Source of the DNA: Podarcis bocagei
Lineage: Eukaryota
Assembly (NCBI GenBank): GCA_964188305.1
Contig: OZ076889.1
DNA: 64,000 bases
Direction: 5' to 3' (one strand)
Below are positions 24,441 through 37,040 of this stretch, piece after piece. Positions within the stretch are counted from its first letter, which is position 1. Every line of letters begins with the position of its first letter. A program made the position numbers and the translations under genes. The notes beneath the pieces are model-generated. The model ran no database searches. It had not been told where the DNA came from and saw only the letters and a list, made by a program, of their open reading frames with translations.

Positions 24441-24682
24441 CAGTAGTACCTGGGGTTACAAACACCTTGGGTTACAAACACTTCGGGTTACAGACTCCGC
24501 TAACCTGGAAGTAGTACCTCAGGTTAAGGACCTTACCTCAGGATGAGAACAGAAACCTCGCGCTGGTGGTGCAGTGGCAGTGGGAGGCCCCATTAGCTAA
24601 AGTGGTACCTCAGGTTAAGAACAGTTTCAGGTTAAGAATGGACCTCCGGAACGAATTAAATTCGTAACCAGAGGCACCACTG
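24441..24682. mobile_element. Tigger-like MITE
   Basis: TA|CAGTAGTACC ... GGCACCACTG|TA; homologous to 17452-17677. Confidence 0.88.
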
Positions 24683-24869
24683 TATACATTCAACTAGCCA
24701 TCTCTGTTGTCTTTTCAACACCTACTGAGAACCTTCCTTTTCCAACAAGCCTTTGAAATGGAGTAATGTTTTCTCTCTATAAAATTGTTTTATATACTTT
24801 TTGATTTTCGATGCCTTTGTTGTTAAATTGCTTTTGAAATGTTTCATAGGAAGCAAGCAATGGAAGAAG

Positions 24870-25470
24870 AAATCTGCTGTAGAGTTTGGGAAATGGCTTG
24901 TCCATTAGGTTGGTTTGTTTGTTCTCCATAGGTTTGGCCACCTCTTGAGATATTGCCACCAAATTTGGCACAAGGGTTCCTCAGGTGGAGGCTGTGGACT
25001 TTTGTTGATGTTTGGATGTCAACCGCCATTTTGAAACAAGGTGGTGGACCAAAATGTCGCTTTGGTGTGTCTTTGTCTGTTTTTTGACATAGTTTTGGTT
25101 TCCTCTCAAGATATTGTCAGCAAACTCAGCACAAGGGTTCCTCAGGTAGGGTGGTAGAGTGTGTCATTGTTTAGATGCCAGGTGCCATTTTGATTCAAGA
25201 TGGAAGTCCAAAACATCACTTAAGTGCAACTTCACCTGTTCTTTGGGCATAGGTTCAGCTGCCTGTTGAGATTTCATCACCAAACTCAGTATGAGGGTTC
25301 CTGAGGTTGTTGCTCTTTGTTGACATTTGGATGCTGGGCACCACTTTGAATTAGGTTGGTGGACCTAGTTTTTGCTCTGACAGCTCCAAACCTACAAATC
25401 ACACTATACATTTAAAAAACACAATATGTTTTGGTTTCCAGTCATTATATAAATAAGAAAACCCTATTTT
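24870..25470. repeat. element with about three diverged 160-bp tandem units
   Basis: AGGGTTCCT(C/G)AGGT recurs at 24973, 25134 and 25294, each preceded by GATATTG.CACCAAA-like and followed by GCCATTTTGA-like motifs. Confidence 0.7.
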
Positions 25471-25986
25471 GTTTTGCTTCTAAAAATGATGCTAAGGCTG
25501 CACCTTGGAGAAAGATGCAGCTGTGAATAGGGAGTGAATAATAATAATAATTTTATTATTAATAATAAAATAATAATAATATTTTATTATATATATAGGC
25601 TCAGAGCGGCTAACAACAGTAAAAGAGCACATGGTACCTAAGCTAAGGTGTTTTTTCACTCATATCCTAACAAAACTCACTTTTAAACTTCCACATATCT
25701 GCAGGTAAAAATCCAGCACAAGCCCACTGTGTACACATTTTTTGTTCCATTGTCAAGACTGTCCAAAAAGGATTTGTAAGACTTAAAAGCAAATCCAGTT
25801 TTTACCAAAGGTGAAAGTTAAATCAGTTTGCCTGCCCCTGTCTGGATACTGTTGAAAACAGATCACTGCACTACATATTCCTTTGAGTCTTGTGCAGCAG
25901 GGCACTTATGTGCTGAACTCTCAGCAGTAACCCACTGCCCATTTTTTCCTCAGGGTCGTTAAAAGCTGAGGAATACCAGTGGGAGA

Positions 25987-26128
25987 TGATAGCTCAGTTG
26001 GTAGAGCCTGAGACTCTTAATCTTAGGGTGATGGGTTCAAGTCTCATGCTGGGCCAAATATTTCTGCAATGCAAAATATTCCTGCATTGGTTAGATCTTC
26101 GTGGTCCCTTCCAACTCTACAATTCTAA
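25987..26128 (+). mobile_element. tRNA-Lys(CTT)-derived SINE with CR1-like tail
   Basis: TAGCTCAGTTGGTAGAGCCTGAGACTCTTAATCTTAGGGTGATGGGTTCAAG matches tRNA-Lys; ends GGTCCCTTCCAACTCTACAATTCTA; acceptor stem disrupted. Confidence 0.8.
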
Positions 26129-27300
26129 GAACTTTAAAAAAACACATAATCAATATGTTGTGCAGCATCACTACTTCTATTTTAAATTATGTCAAGGTAT
26201 CTGCATAAATTTGGACATCTCACTCCTAAGGCTGTGAACCTGTGGGGAACCTGTGGTCCTCCAGATATGACTGGACTGCAACTGCCAACATCTCTGACTA
26301 CAGGCTATGCTGTCTGGGGCTGATGGGAGTTAGAGTTCAGCAACATTTGAAGAGTCATAGGTTCTATTTAAGAGATGTCAGTGACTCATAAGCAGAAAAT
26401 TTTCCTCTTCCTCCAGGCCTTTGGGGGTGATGGAGGGTGATGTCGGCAGACACCTGTCTGGCTTGTACCGGGAAGGAACAGGTGAAGTGAACTGTACAAT
26501 GTTAATTAGATTTATTTGGTTTTAAGGCTTGATTTTATGTTGTTGTTTTTTACAGTTGTGACCTGTGCTGGGATCGTTTTGGGGGTATACATTTTATTAA
26601 TGAGTAAGTAAGTAAGTAAGTAAGTAAGTAAATAAGCAAGCAAGCATACCTGGGCACTGTGGATCACAAATATAAGGCTAGGACACATCTTCAGGAAAGG
26701 CAGATCTATCTCCCATAACAACCATGTACACTAAAATAAAAAGGCTAGCTGTTGTAGAATGGCCAGGAGGGGTTGCCATGATGCTTCTGCTATTACCTTA
26801 GTCAACCAAGGGAAATGATGCTGAAGCTGAAGAAGATTCCATGTGGAAGAAGAAGAAACACTAGGAATCATTTGGGCTGGGCTGTATGTTTGGTGTCAGA
26901 CGGTGGGCCTTACCTAACCTCCTGGCAAGTGGACCACTGCTGTTTGCTGGGAGGGACAGTGGGTGTGGCTAGGCAGTGAGGAGGTTGGCGCTGTGCAAAC
27001 ACACCACCAGAGCCAATATGGTGGTTCTGCCAATGGTTTTGCACAGTGCTGACCTCCCAACTCTCCCTCTTGATTCCACTGCAGGGAGGTCAGGTTAACT
27101 GCAACCATGCAACCCTACTGTTCACTACTGCGTATATCACAGTCACGGTGGGGCTACAGCCTAAAATGTCCCCTCCATCACCAGTAATTAGGATGCTGTG
27201 CCATCCCTTCTGCTTCCTCACCTCAATGAAAACTGAACTTTCCTGATTGTTTGGTTTTGATTTTCTGGTCTTACCTGTATTTTGACAATACATATGCTGC

Positions 27301-27885
27301 TGTCAGGGCCAACAGGAGAGAACAGGTTGTTTGCAGAACAGAGAAAGACAGTGACACGCCAGCTAACTTACAGTAAGTTTTTTTATTACATAAGCAGAAC
27401 AGAGGATACACTGAGACTTCGAAGGGTTACTCCTTTCTGGCTGAAGCAATTGCTCGGACTGGCTTGTGCCTCCCACTTCACCCCATTCCCTCTGCGTCAG
27501 GCCCCTGCCTCTGTCTACAGTGAGTCCCGAGGGACCTCTCTGTTTCCCCCTGGCTCTCTGCTCTGTGATATGCTTCAGACACCTTATTCTGGGGGTGGGG
27601 GCTTGCAGGCTGTCAACAGAAAAGCTGTCTAGGTGGCTCTGTGGTGAAGCTGCTAAGTCTGATCCCTATCTTTGCTCTGTGCTGGGGCACTTGCCTGTTT
27701 GCTCCTCTTCCTCATTCTCCAAGCTCCCAGGCTCCAGTACTTCTCATCTCTCCTCCTCCTCTAGGGTGTGTGCGATTGCCCACCATGAGGATCCAGGATC
27801 CAAATCCTCTCCCTCTGTGCTTTCCCTGGGGGGCCCTTGGTCAGGTGGTTTCCACCATTCCTCCTCATCCAGCCAGTCCCTAACA
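27301..27885 (-). mobile_element. solo LTR (Gypsy-like)
   Basis: TGTCAG...CTAACA termini; minus-strand 5' end TGTTAGGGACTGGCTGGATGAGGAGGAATGGTGG homologous to 45611 and 60167; AATAAA on the minus strand. Confidence 0.7.
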
Positions 27886-27938
27886 CCTACTAACTGCCAT
27901 ATAGTCAGTCATAACTGACTAATGCTGCAGTCTTAACA

Positions 27939-28794
27939 TGTCAGGGAATGGTCTGAAGACAAGGAGTGAGGAATGCATCCTATGGCAGACCAGCTTCTCT
28001 CTGATGGACAGCTGGAGGGAGAAGAGCTCTCCCCTCTTGCCCACAGCATGTTCAGAAGCAGAGAGAGAGACAGGAGCTGAACAGCTTAGGGTGGAGTTAC
28101 CCAGTTACGAGATAACGGCAGCAGAACCAGAAGGGAGGGGGCAGCTAGTTGAGACATCACTTGAGAGCGTGGGGAACCCCTCCTCACCATGGAGGTCCGA
28201 ACATATCGGAGAGCAAAAGAGTCAGAGGGAGGGAGGAACTCCCCGTTGGCACCCAAAATGCTGTGGAAGTCGGAAGGAGGGTTTAGAGTAGCCAACTGCC
28301 CTCCTTGCGGAGAGCTATGTATTTGTGCTCGCAACATGATTCTATAATAGGTAAAGGTCAAGGGACCCCTGACTATTAGGTCCAGTCATGACTGACTCTG
28401 GGGTTGCGGTGCTCATCTTGCTTTATTGGCCGAGGGAGCCGGTGTACAGCTTCAGGGTCATGTGGCCAGCATGACTAAGCCGCTTCTGGCGAACCAGAGC
28501 AGTGCACGGAAACGCTGGCGGGAGCCGGAGCGGTACCTATTTATCTACTTGCACTTAGACGTCCTTTCGAACTGTTAGGTTGGCAGGAACAGGGACTGAG
28601 CAACGGGAGCTCACCCCATCGCGGGGATTCAAACTGCCGACCTTCTGATCGGCAAGCCCAAAGCTCTGTGGTTTAACCCACAGCGCCACCTGTGTCCCAG
28701 ATACTATAATAAAAGGACTAGAAATCCATCAACTGCTTGTTAATTCTTATCTGTGAAGTTACCAAAGGGAAGGGAGGACTCTCCATGCCTGACG
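27939..28794 (+). mobile_element. solo LTR interrupted by a Sauria SINE
   Basis: TGTCAGGG ... CCTGACG termini; 5-bp TSD TAACA/TAATA; AATAAA just after the SINE. Confidence 0.6.
28350..28698 (-). mobile_element. Sauria SINE
   Basis: Full head-to-tail homology with 4601-4954; imperfect TSD GAT(T/A)CTATAATA. Confidence 0.92.
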
Positions 28795-30871
28795 TAATAC
28801 TACTTGCCTGGGCGTAAGCCCCATTGAATTCAATAGGACTTACTTGAGTAGACATGGTTAGGTTTACACTATTCCTAACAACATAGTCCCAACCCAACCT
28901 GTAGTGTTTAGAACTCCTTCCTGCAAGTAGCTTGTCCATCACTTGACTCAGGCTTCATTGAAGATTCTTAGAAATTATGCGTTTCCACACCCTAGTCTGT
29001 GTGACACCTGAATTACATGAAAAAGGGTTTCGAAACATGACAGGACATTTCTAGTGGCCTTCTCATGACGACTGCAACACATGCTCTTCTGGATCCTTTG
29101 GTGTCTGTTCTATGGACCTATTAAGGTCTACGAGTTTCTGGAGCTCCATTGCAAGGAAGGCCATCTCTTAGGGTTCTTTGGCCAGAGCTCTCGTTTCCTG
29201 GGATGGCTGAAACTCAGACATTTAGGGCAATGCATATTTTAAAATAATTGATCTGAAGGCTGTCGTGGAGGTTTGGTTCCTTGCTATTAAGTATTACCTT
29301 CCTCCTTGCAATTCCTGGGGTGCCTGGCGCTAAAAATGAAACGACAGCTTTAACGGTGAATTCTGAGCTTTTGTCATATTGAATAAAAACCTTAATGTTG
29401 CTTTAATGGAGGGCGAGGGGTTTTTGGGTGATGTTTATTAAACATATGCTCACAGTTACTGCGCAATCTATTTTCCCTGGCAAGACCACAAATGCTCAGA
29501 AAACTGCCAGCAGTAAAGAATGTGTGACTGCATTTTTTTTACAATACCGAAGGCTGTAAAAAAGATAAATAAGCTCTGCTAAACCATTTTAAGCACTCAT
29601 TTACACAGGCATTTAGCCCCTCTGCGAGAGGTCTCCCTCCTTGTATATTTCCATCCGAGCCTATATTTAATGCATTCCTATGAAAAATAGTTCCAGCCTT
29701 TTCAAACTTGCATTTACATCCCCGAGCACTATCAGATAAACTAATATTAAAAAATGGGGTTTGATTATTATTATTTTTGCTGGGCACAGCGGCTGAAACA
29801 AGCTGCGGGCAGGCGATCGTCAACCATGATTCCCCCTTGCAGATCGAGAGCCTCCCAGGCTGGCAACCGTCACCTAGTTGTGAAATGAGATAGAAATCCC
29901 ATTAATATACTTTAGGATTAGCTTCAAGGTTTCATTAACTGTTAATGCCGCCTTTACCTGAAGTGAGTATGTATCTCACACAGTATATTTACGGCGGTGG
30001 TAATGGCTTGCATTGCAATCCCTGCCAGGTATTCCATTCTGGAGACCTGGGGTTTTGCACAGACAAAGAGGAAAGGGGTGGGTGGGGAGCAAGTCATTTA
30101 AATGTATGTCTTGGAGAAAAATAAACAGCTGCAAGATGTTAGGAGGTTTTGGCCCTGGGGTATGACAAACAGAGGCTTGAAAACACCATGGTTTGCCCTG
30201 TATAAAACAAACCTCAGCAGTAATGGTTTTTTGTTTTTAAAGAGAGTTCAACATTCCTAACTAAAGAAAAGAGATGATTTTATTGGAAATGAATCACAGA
30301 ATCATAGAATGAAAGAGTTATAAGTGACCCCGAGGGTAATCTTGTATGTGAGCCTCTGTGGACGCTGTAGGCTTGCCCCCTAGGACAGTCGACACCTGTT
30401 TGAACAGGAACAGAAGGGGGCACATGTAATAGATGACTATATAAAACCCTCAATGACTCAAGGCCTAGGTATTTGTAGGAAAGTCTCTTTCTATATTGAT
30501 ATGCCTGAGATCAGCGGGGGCTGGCTGCTGCTTGTGGTCCCACTGATGGGTGTAGTTTGTGCAGAAACCTGGAGCAAGATCTCATCTGTAGTGGCATCTC
30601 AGTTGTACAACTTCCTCTGCATGGAAGTTTGGATAGCCATTACACTGATGGACCTTTGCTGCCTGGTGAAGATTTGTTCCATATGTAAGCAAGGCAGCTG
30701 CTCCTGCTACAACATCCCAAGTAGGTTTTGTAATGTTTCAGGGGAGTGGGATTGGGTGGTTGGTGAGTGTCAGGGACTGGACTGAGGAAGAATAGTGAGA
30801 GCCGCCCCCCCTCCTTTTCTGAACCTGAAGGGCAGGAGGACAGTATTGATTTAGAACAGTGGTTTGCAGAA

Positions 30872-31424
30872 ACCAGAGGCCTTTCTCTTGGGCATAGTCG
30901 GCCAATTGGTGTCAAAGAAAGACAGAATTTTCTTTATGTACGCCACGACAGCAGCAAGAATACTTATCGCAAAGTATTGGAAGACACAAGATCTACCCAC
31001 CCTGGAAGAATGGCAGATGAAAGTGATGGACTACATGACATTGGCTGAGATGACTGACAGAATCCGTGATCAGGGGAAGGAGACGGCGGAAGAAGAGTGG
31101 AAGAAGTTCAAAATTTACCTTAAGGACTACTATAAACTGCATGAATGTTAGAATGTCGAGGTTTTGAGAAAGAAAGGGCTACAGCGATATAAGATTAGAA
31201 TGAAGGAAAGATTAAGAGGACAGAGGTTTGACAGAACTATTTAGAAGTTGCTGAAAAACTTTGGACATTGGGATACAGAAAGGGGAGGTATGGGGGAGTC
31301 CGAGAAACAAGGTTTATGAAAAAAAGGGTACGAAACTATACATGTTTGTATGTCTTTTTATATGTTTGTATTGTTTTTTAAAAAAACTTTTTGTAAAACC
31401 AATAAAAATCTTAAAAAAAAAAAA
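30872..31424 (+). mobile_element. 5'-truncated L1 (ORF2 C-terminus, 3'UTR, poly-A)
   Basis: PEAFLLG...TTAARILIAKYWK..PT.EEW..K L1 ORF2 end; AATAAA plus A tail; perfect 20-bp TSD TAGAACAGTGGTTTGCAGAA (30852-30871 / 31425-31444). Confidence 0.92.
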
Positions 31425-31669
31425 TAGAACAGTGGTTTGCAGAAGGGCATAAGTCCAGAGGCGGAAAGCTGGGAAATACTGGGTGCGGAACAGCTAGGAG
31501 AGGAAACACCAAGAGAGAGACAGCTGGCAGATTCAGTATCCTTGGACAGCATTCCTGACACCCCTTCGCCCAAGACTAGAAGGGCTTGGAAAGTGTTAGA
31601 ACAGAAAGCGCAATGGCAAGAAGCTCAGATTACCCAACAGAGGAGTGACGTAGATTAATGGGGACAGAG

Positions 31670-32107
31670 TGTTAGAATTCCTGATCTATGATTGCAGTCA
31701 TGGGATTTTTGTCTTTCTCATGACGTGATATGTTTTGACTCCACAGAGTGGGAAGTGATGGAGACAGGATGTTTGTGTTACTGTGTTCCATGAAGTGGGA
31801 TTATTTCTTTTTCTCTTTGCTGTCTGATGCTAGAGAGAGAGGGAGCCATGTTGCAGTGCTCCGTGTGTGTTTATATGTAAATAAAGTAGATTAGCCAAAA
31901 TGCTGAGCTGCTGAGGTCTGTTATGCATGAAGTGCAAACTCTGCGGATCCCTAAGTGTGCCGGTGTCGGTTGGCATCGGTCGCTGTGATGTTCGGGCTGA
32001 AGAAAGCTTATGAAGTTCCCGAATGATCGACCAGGAGGGAGAGAACATGCCAGTCGGGCATGTGTCTCTGCCAGGGTCCTACTTGAGTGTAGGATGAACT
32101 CCTGACG
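31670..32107 (+). mobile_element. second solo LTR nested in the 30768 LTR
   Basis: TGTTAG...CTGACG termini; perfect 5-bp TSD CAGAG (31665-31669 / 32108-32112); internal AATAAA near 31880. Confidence 0.75.
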
Positions 32108-33504
32108 CAGAGGGGGTGAACCTTTACTGGGAGCAACGCCATTTTCGAGAGAGATATGCGTTCATTTGTCTCTTGCTGTGATTATTAAAGAAACTCTGGT
32201 AAGAACGCTCCTTTTGTTTGATCTTCTTAATCACTGCCACCGGGGGAGGGAATCCAATACCCTGAAGTCTGACAATGAGGTGGTGAGGAGCAAAGTAAGC
32301 AGGGAAACATCCCCTAGTAGAAAGTATAGGTGCTTCTTCTGTATTTTGACAATGAAGGCTGCAGCCAATGCATCATGGTTGGCAAAGGCTGATTTGCAGC
32401 ATTTTAAAATGCCACTCCGTAACCTAATAGCACTCTGGGCAGCTTACAATAAATTGATCGGGGACGGTGTGAGTGTCCCGCGGTGTCAGTGGAGGCAACT
32501 AAGTGTCCAACGGACCAATTTACATTGTGAATAATTCGCATGATTTTCGGTTAAACATTTCTGGAATACCAGAAGATGGCAGTGAGAAACAGCTGGAGAG
32601 CTGAATGTCATAGCAGAGACATACAACTGCTGCCGCTGGATGTAAAATGATGCTGTATTTATTTCGGAACAAAATGCCATCGATATTGCAGACATGAGAA
32701 AGCATCTAAACAAAAGACAATGTTCAGTAAAGGGCTGCCTAGCTAGATCTCAACGTTGCCCACTTGCATCTTTCATTGGGCCAGAAAAATCATGATTTTT
32801 ATCCTGTTTGTTCAACAGCCAAAAGATGGAAGCTTATCAGATTTGTCCTGTAAAAGTGACACGGTGTGCCGGATTAATAAAAAAAAGGAGAGAAAAGCAG
32901 ATTGGTTTTTTTATTTTATTTAAATTGCTCACTTTACATATAACGGTGTCTCGTGGAGGGTGTAATGAATTGAAGTGGGCTGTGCAATTTAATTCATTAC
33001 AGCCGTCAGGCATTCAAATGGTGCTGCACTCTATCTGCTTGTGTGCCTCTCTCTGGCCGGTGTGAAGGTGCTACCCATTTATACCTCATTTTGCAAACTA
33101 CCCAGGTGGTGAAAACAAATAAAGGAAAAGGTTACAGGGTGGACAGCAAGAGCTGATCCTGTTCCTAGAGGTGTGAATGATGGAATGGGAGAACCAGCAA
33201 ACAATATACTGCGGCCAGTCATGGGCTGCAGTGAGGCAGAGAGAAACCTGCTTGGTTAACGAGGCAGCACTGGAGGAAAATCAGATGCTAAAATGGAGGA
33301 GTAGACAGCTTGGGTTTAGTTTCACAGTGAATGTGATGGGTACAATTTAGAGAATAGCTGGTATGCACCATGTGGCAGTGTGGACAAAACTTGGGCTTCT
33401 ATGTTCTTCCGTGGCTCTGGTAGATCCCCAAATGTGAATTAGGACTCGCATGTAGAAGACTGTGAATGAGTATTCTTGTAGTGCAGGACCTGGAAGAAGA
33501 TCTT

Positions 33505-33633
33505 TGTGGTGGCACCTCAGTTATGGAGCTCTGCTTCCTTGGAAGCACAAATGGCTGCAATGTTTGATCATGCTTTTAATATTCTGTTGAAAGCTGCCCA
33601 GAGTGGCTGGCGCAACCCAGCTAGATGGGTGGG

Positions 33634-33688
<55 letters not shown>
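33505..33688 (+). mobile_element. L2 3' fragment with (AAT)n tail
   Basis: TTTTAATATTCTGTTG..GCTGCCCAGAGTGGCTGG..AACCCAG homologous to 3900-3960, then (AAT)n. Confidence 0.7.
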
Positions 33689-33689
<1 letters not shown>

Positions 33690-33962
33690 TTGTTTAGTCA
33701 TTTAGTCATGTCCGACTCTTCATGACTCCATGGACCAGAGCATGCCAGGCACTCCTGTCTTCCATTGCCTCCCGCAGTTTGGTCAAACTCATGCTGGTAG
33801 CTTCGAGAACACTATCCAACCATCTCGTCCTCTGTCGTCCCCTTCTCCTAGTGCCCTCAATCTTTCCCAGCATCAGGGTCTTTTCCAGGGAGTCTTCTTT
33901 TCTCATGAGGTAGCCAAAGTATTGGAGCCTCAGCTTCAGGATCTGTCCTTCCAGTGAGCACT
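33689..33962 (-). mobile_element. Bov-B (RTE) LINE 3' fragment
   Basis: Encodes SLEGQILKLRLQYFG.LMR.EDSLEKTLMLGKIEG.RRRGRQR.RWLD; (CAA)n-type tail. Confidence 0.92.
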
Positions 33963-35043
33963 TAAGAATAATAATGACTTGCAACCAGTCCAGAGAATGA
34001 TACTGGCTGTCATCTTCCTTCTCCTTAGCCTCCATGTTGCCTCTTACAGCAAGACCCAAATTCAGTCCCTGATGCCTCTTGTTGAAAGGTGGATAGCTGC
34101 TACGAGGCATGGCCAAGCTGAAAATGATATTGCAGGTGCTATTGCATTTAATGTGTTTTTTAAAAGGAAAAAGATGCAGATAGCTGCTACAGGGGGCCTT
34201 GAAAAGGATTGGGAGCATGGTAGGCAGGGAAGGGGAGTTTAGCTCTTTCACATTACAATTGGGGGAGAACTTTCACAGGCTGCTGCAAGTAAGCCATACG
34301 GACTCTCAGCATGAGAAAGATCTCTCATTGTGTCAACAGCAGTGAGCTTCATCTCTTGCTTTGCTGCTTAGCTGAGGCTAGAGGGCAAGTCTAGGCCCTC
34401 TGTCCTCCCTTCTCCCACTTTCTGCATTGTTTATTATATAGGAGTTTTTGTTGTTGTTGTTTTTACCCTTCGCTGGCAGTCAAAAAATGGAAATGAGTTT
34501 TCCAGCACCTGAGGGGGAAGCTGCTCTTGCTCAGACTTGTCAAGATATGGTCAGGGGCGAAAGGTTGAAAATAAAGACAAGGGTATTAATTTGCTGAGCT
34601 GAATATATATCAGCAGGCTGCTTCGTCAGTGACATACTCTGCAGTCATTAGAATATCTGGCAGGTATGAGTAAACTTGGTGGCAAATTCACCGGTGGAAT
34701 GAGGTGAAGTTAGGTTCAGAGAGAATGCAAGCTGACCTGAATTGCGATGTCTTTTCCTTGGTTCTTTAAGCGAGTTTATATTTGCTAAACTTCTCCAAGT
34801 TGCTTACAGATCCACATACCAGCACACAGCTTTTACTCTCTCTTCATGCAGAAGCTGTTGTTGATTGATGTAATGAAAAAGAAAAAAAAGTTTACAGATA
34901 GGGCTGTGAACCATTTAAAGGTAGTTTTTTGTTTAAAAAGAATGATCAACCTTTACATAGCCTTTACATTCATTAATGAACAGCTCAAATTATACATGTT
35001 TACATATTGCCAAATCATCAGCATATGTGTCCTTTTTACTATA

Positions 35044-35409
35044 GGGACACAGGTGGAGCTGTGGTCCAAACCACTGAGCCTCTTGGGCTTGCTGATTGGA
35101 AGGTCGGAGGTTCGAATCCCCTTGACGGGGTGAGCTCCTGTTGCTCTGTCCCAGCAACAGGGCATGCCAGTTCGAAAGCATGCCAGTGCAAGTAGATAAA
35201 TAGGTACCGCTGCACCAGGAAGGTAAACAGTGTTTCTGTGCACTCTGGCTTCTGTCACAGTGTCCCGTTGCACCAGAAGTGGTTTAGTCATGCTGGCCAC
35301 ATGACCCGGAAAGCTATCTGTGGACAAACGCCGGCTCCCTCAGCCTGAAAAGCAAAATAAGAAGCCCATAGTCGCCTTTGAATGGACTTAACCGACCAAG
35401 GGTCCTTTA
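35044..35409 (+). mobile_element. Sauria SINE
   Basis: tRNA-like head GGGACACAGGTGG, ACCTTT tail, 13-bp TSD CCTTTTTACTATA (35031-35043 / 35410-35422). Confidence 0.9.
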
Positions 35410-35545
35410 CCTTTTTACTATAGCATATAAAAGCAGAGGAAAGAGTGTATTCGGATCCAATGAATGAATAGCACACCATTCCCTTAAGTACAACCAGTGG
35501 TGCAGGTAAATAATTATTTTGGACCTGGTTGTAACCAGCCTAGTA

Positions 35546-35799
35546 CAGTGGACGCTTGGGTTGCGAACGTGATCCGTGCGGGATGCACATTCGCAACCTG
35601 CAGCGTTCACAACCCGCATCTGCACGTCTGCACACATGTGGGTTGCAATTCGGGGCTTCTGCGCATGCACAAAGCACGATTTCTGCGCATGTGCGACTGC
35701 TGAAACCTGGAAGTAACCCATTCCTGTACTTACGGGTTTCGGCGGTCCACAACCCAAAAAAAACGCAACCTGAAGCGTCTGTAACCCGAGGTATGACTC
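35546..35799. mobile_element. Tigger-like MITE
   Basis: TA|CAGTGGACGCTTGGGTTGC ... GTAACCCGAGGTATGACTC|TA; degenerate TIRs. Confidence 0.7.
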
Positions 35800-36063
35800 T
35801 AAGCCTGTGATATTACCAGGACCTGCCCGAATCAGTAGTGAAGTTTCACAAGGCAACACAATTAAGCACACATACTGTGTCTTTTTGAATCCAGCAGGTC
35901 TTTCTGTGTAGGAAATGGATTGCGTTTGAGATTTCTTGCCATTAACACAAACTAGAAGGATGTTTGATCCCTGTTTGGAATTGGACAGATGGGATGATTC
36001 TTGCGTTAGGGAATATATACATGGCAAGAGCTTGATGTAAACCAATTGAACTAAATTACATTA

Positions 36064-36309
36064 CAGTCGTACCTTAGAAGTCAAACGGAATCTGTTCCGG
36101 AAGTCCTTTCGACTTCCAAAACGTTCAGAAACCAAAGTGTGGCTTCTGATTGGCTGCAGGAAGTTCCTGCAGCCAACTGGAAGCTGTGGAAGCCCCATTG
36201 GGCGTTCGGCTTCCAAAACCAGTTTGCAAACTGGAACACTTATGGGTTTGTGGTGTTCAGAAGCCAAAACATTCAAGAACTAAGCTGTTCGAAAACCAAG
36301 GTACAATTG
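36064..36309. mobile_element. Tigger-like MITE
   Basis: TA|CAGTCGTACCTT ... AAGGTACAATTG|TA. Confidence 0.75.
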
Positions 36310-36793
36310 TATTGCTTTGTAGATTGATGTTAAAATATAGATGGAGTGTCCCCTGAATCTGCTGATGGACAAAAACTGCTCAGACATTATAGGCTTCAGG
36401 AAACAGGGCATAAAGTACAGGCTTTTACCCATTTTCCTTTTGAGATGCCCCAGCTGCAATGCTTTTTTATTTTTTTGCTGTCAAAAAGGCATCTGGCTCA
36501 CTGTTGCTTCCTTTCATAGAAATACCAATTGCCTGTTTTCGTGCAGCAGACTGAGATGTGTGCTGCACGTTGCCAAAAAGAGGCGTGGGGGAGCGGCTGG
36601 ATTGTGGATAATATCGGGATACTGTAACCCGCTGGCCAGCAACCACATGAGAAGGCATAGCATGTGAAGCAAACATCAATATTTTCTCAATGTGCGGAAA
36701 CATTAGAGGATATGCAACTCAGTATTCAGCCACAGCAATGTTAAAATTATAAAGAATAACACGAAAGCCAGTGGCGATTCTCTAGAGGGATAT

Positions 36794-36967
36794 NNNNNNN
36801 NNNNNNNNNNNNNNNNNNNNNNNNNNNNNNNNNNNNNNNNNNNNNNNNNNNNNNNNNNNNNNNNNNNNNNNNNNNNNNNNNNNNNNNNNNNNNNNNNNNN
36901 NNNNNNNNNNNNNNNNNNNNNNNNNNNNNNNNNNNNNNNNNNNNNNNNNNNNNNNNNNNNNNNNNNN
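36794..36967. other. assembly gap (174 N)
   Basis: Run of N. Confidence 1.
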
Positions 36968-37040
36968 CAGGAAGCCCACACATGTTGTTTTCGTAAGAAC
37001 TTCCATAGACCAAAATTAGGCTATCTACAGTTTCTATATA

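Larger units (their letters stand above)
30768..32274 (+). mobile_element. solo LTR carrying two nested insertions
   Basis: TGTCAGGGACTGG ... GTCTGACA; TSD GTGAG/ATGAG; ATTAAA near 32184. Confidence 0.7.

Noticed and set aside
25987-26055. Functional tRNA-Lys gene
   Set aside because: The acceptor and T stems are disrupted and it runs into a CR1-like tail, so it is a SINE.
30343-30714. Possible additional solo LTR (TG...CA, TATA box near 30438) after a CR1 tail
   Set aside because: No TSD or second copy in the window to support the boundaries.
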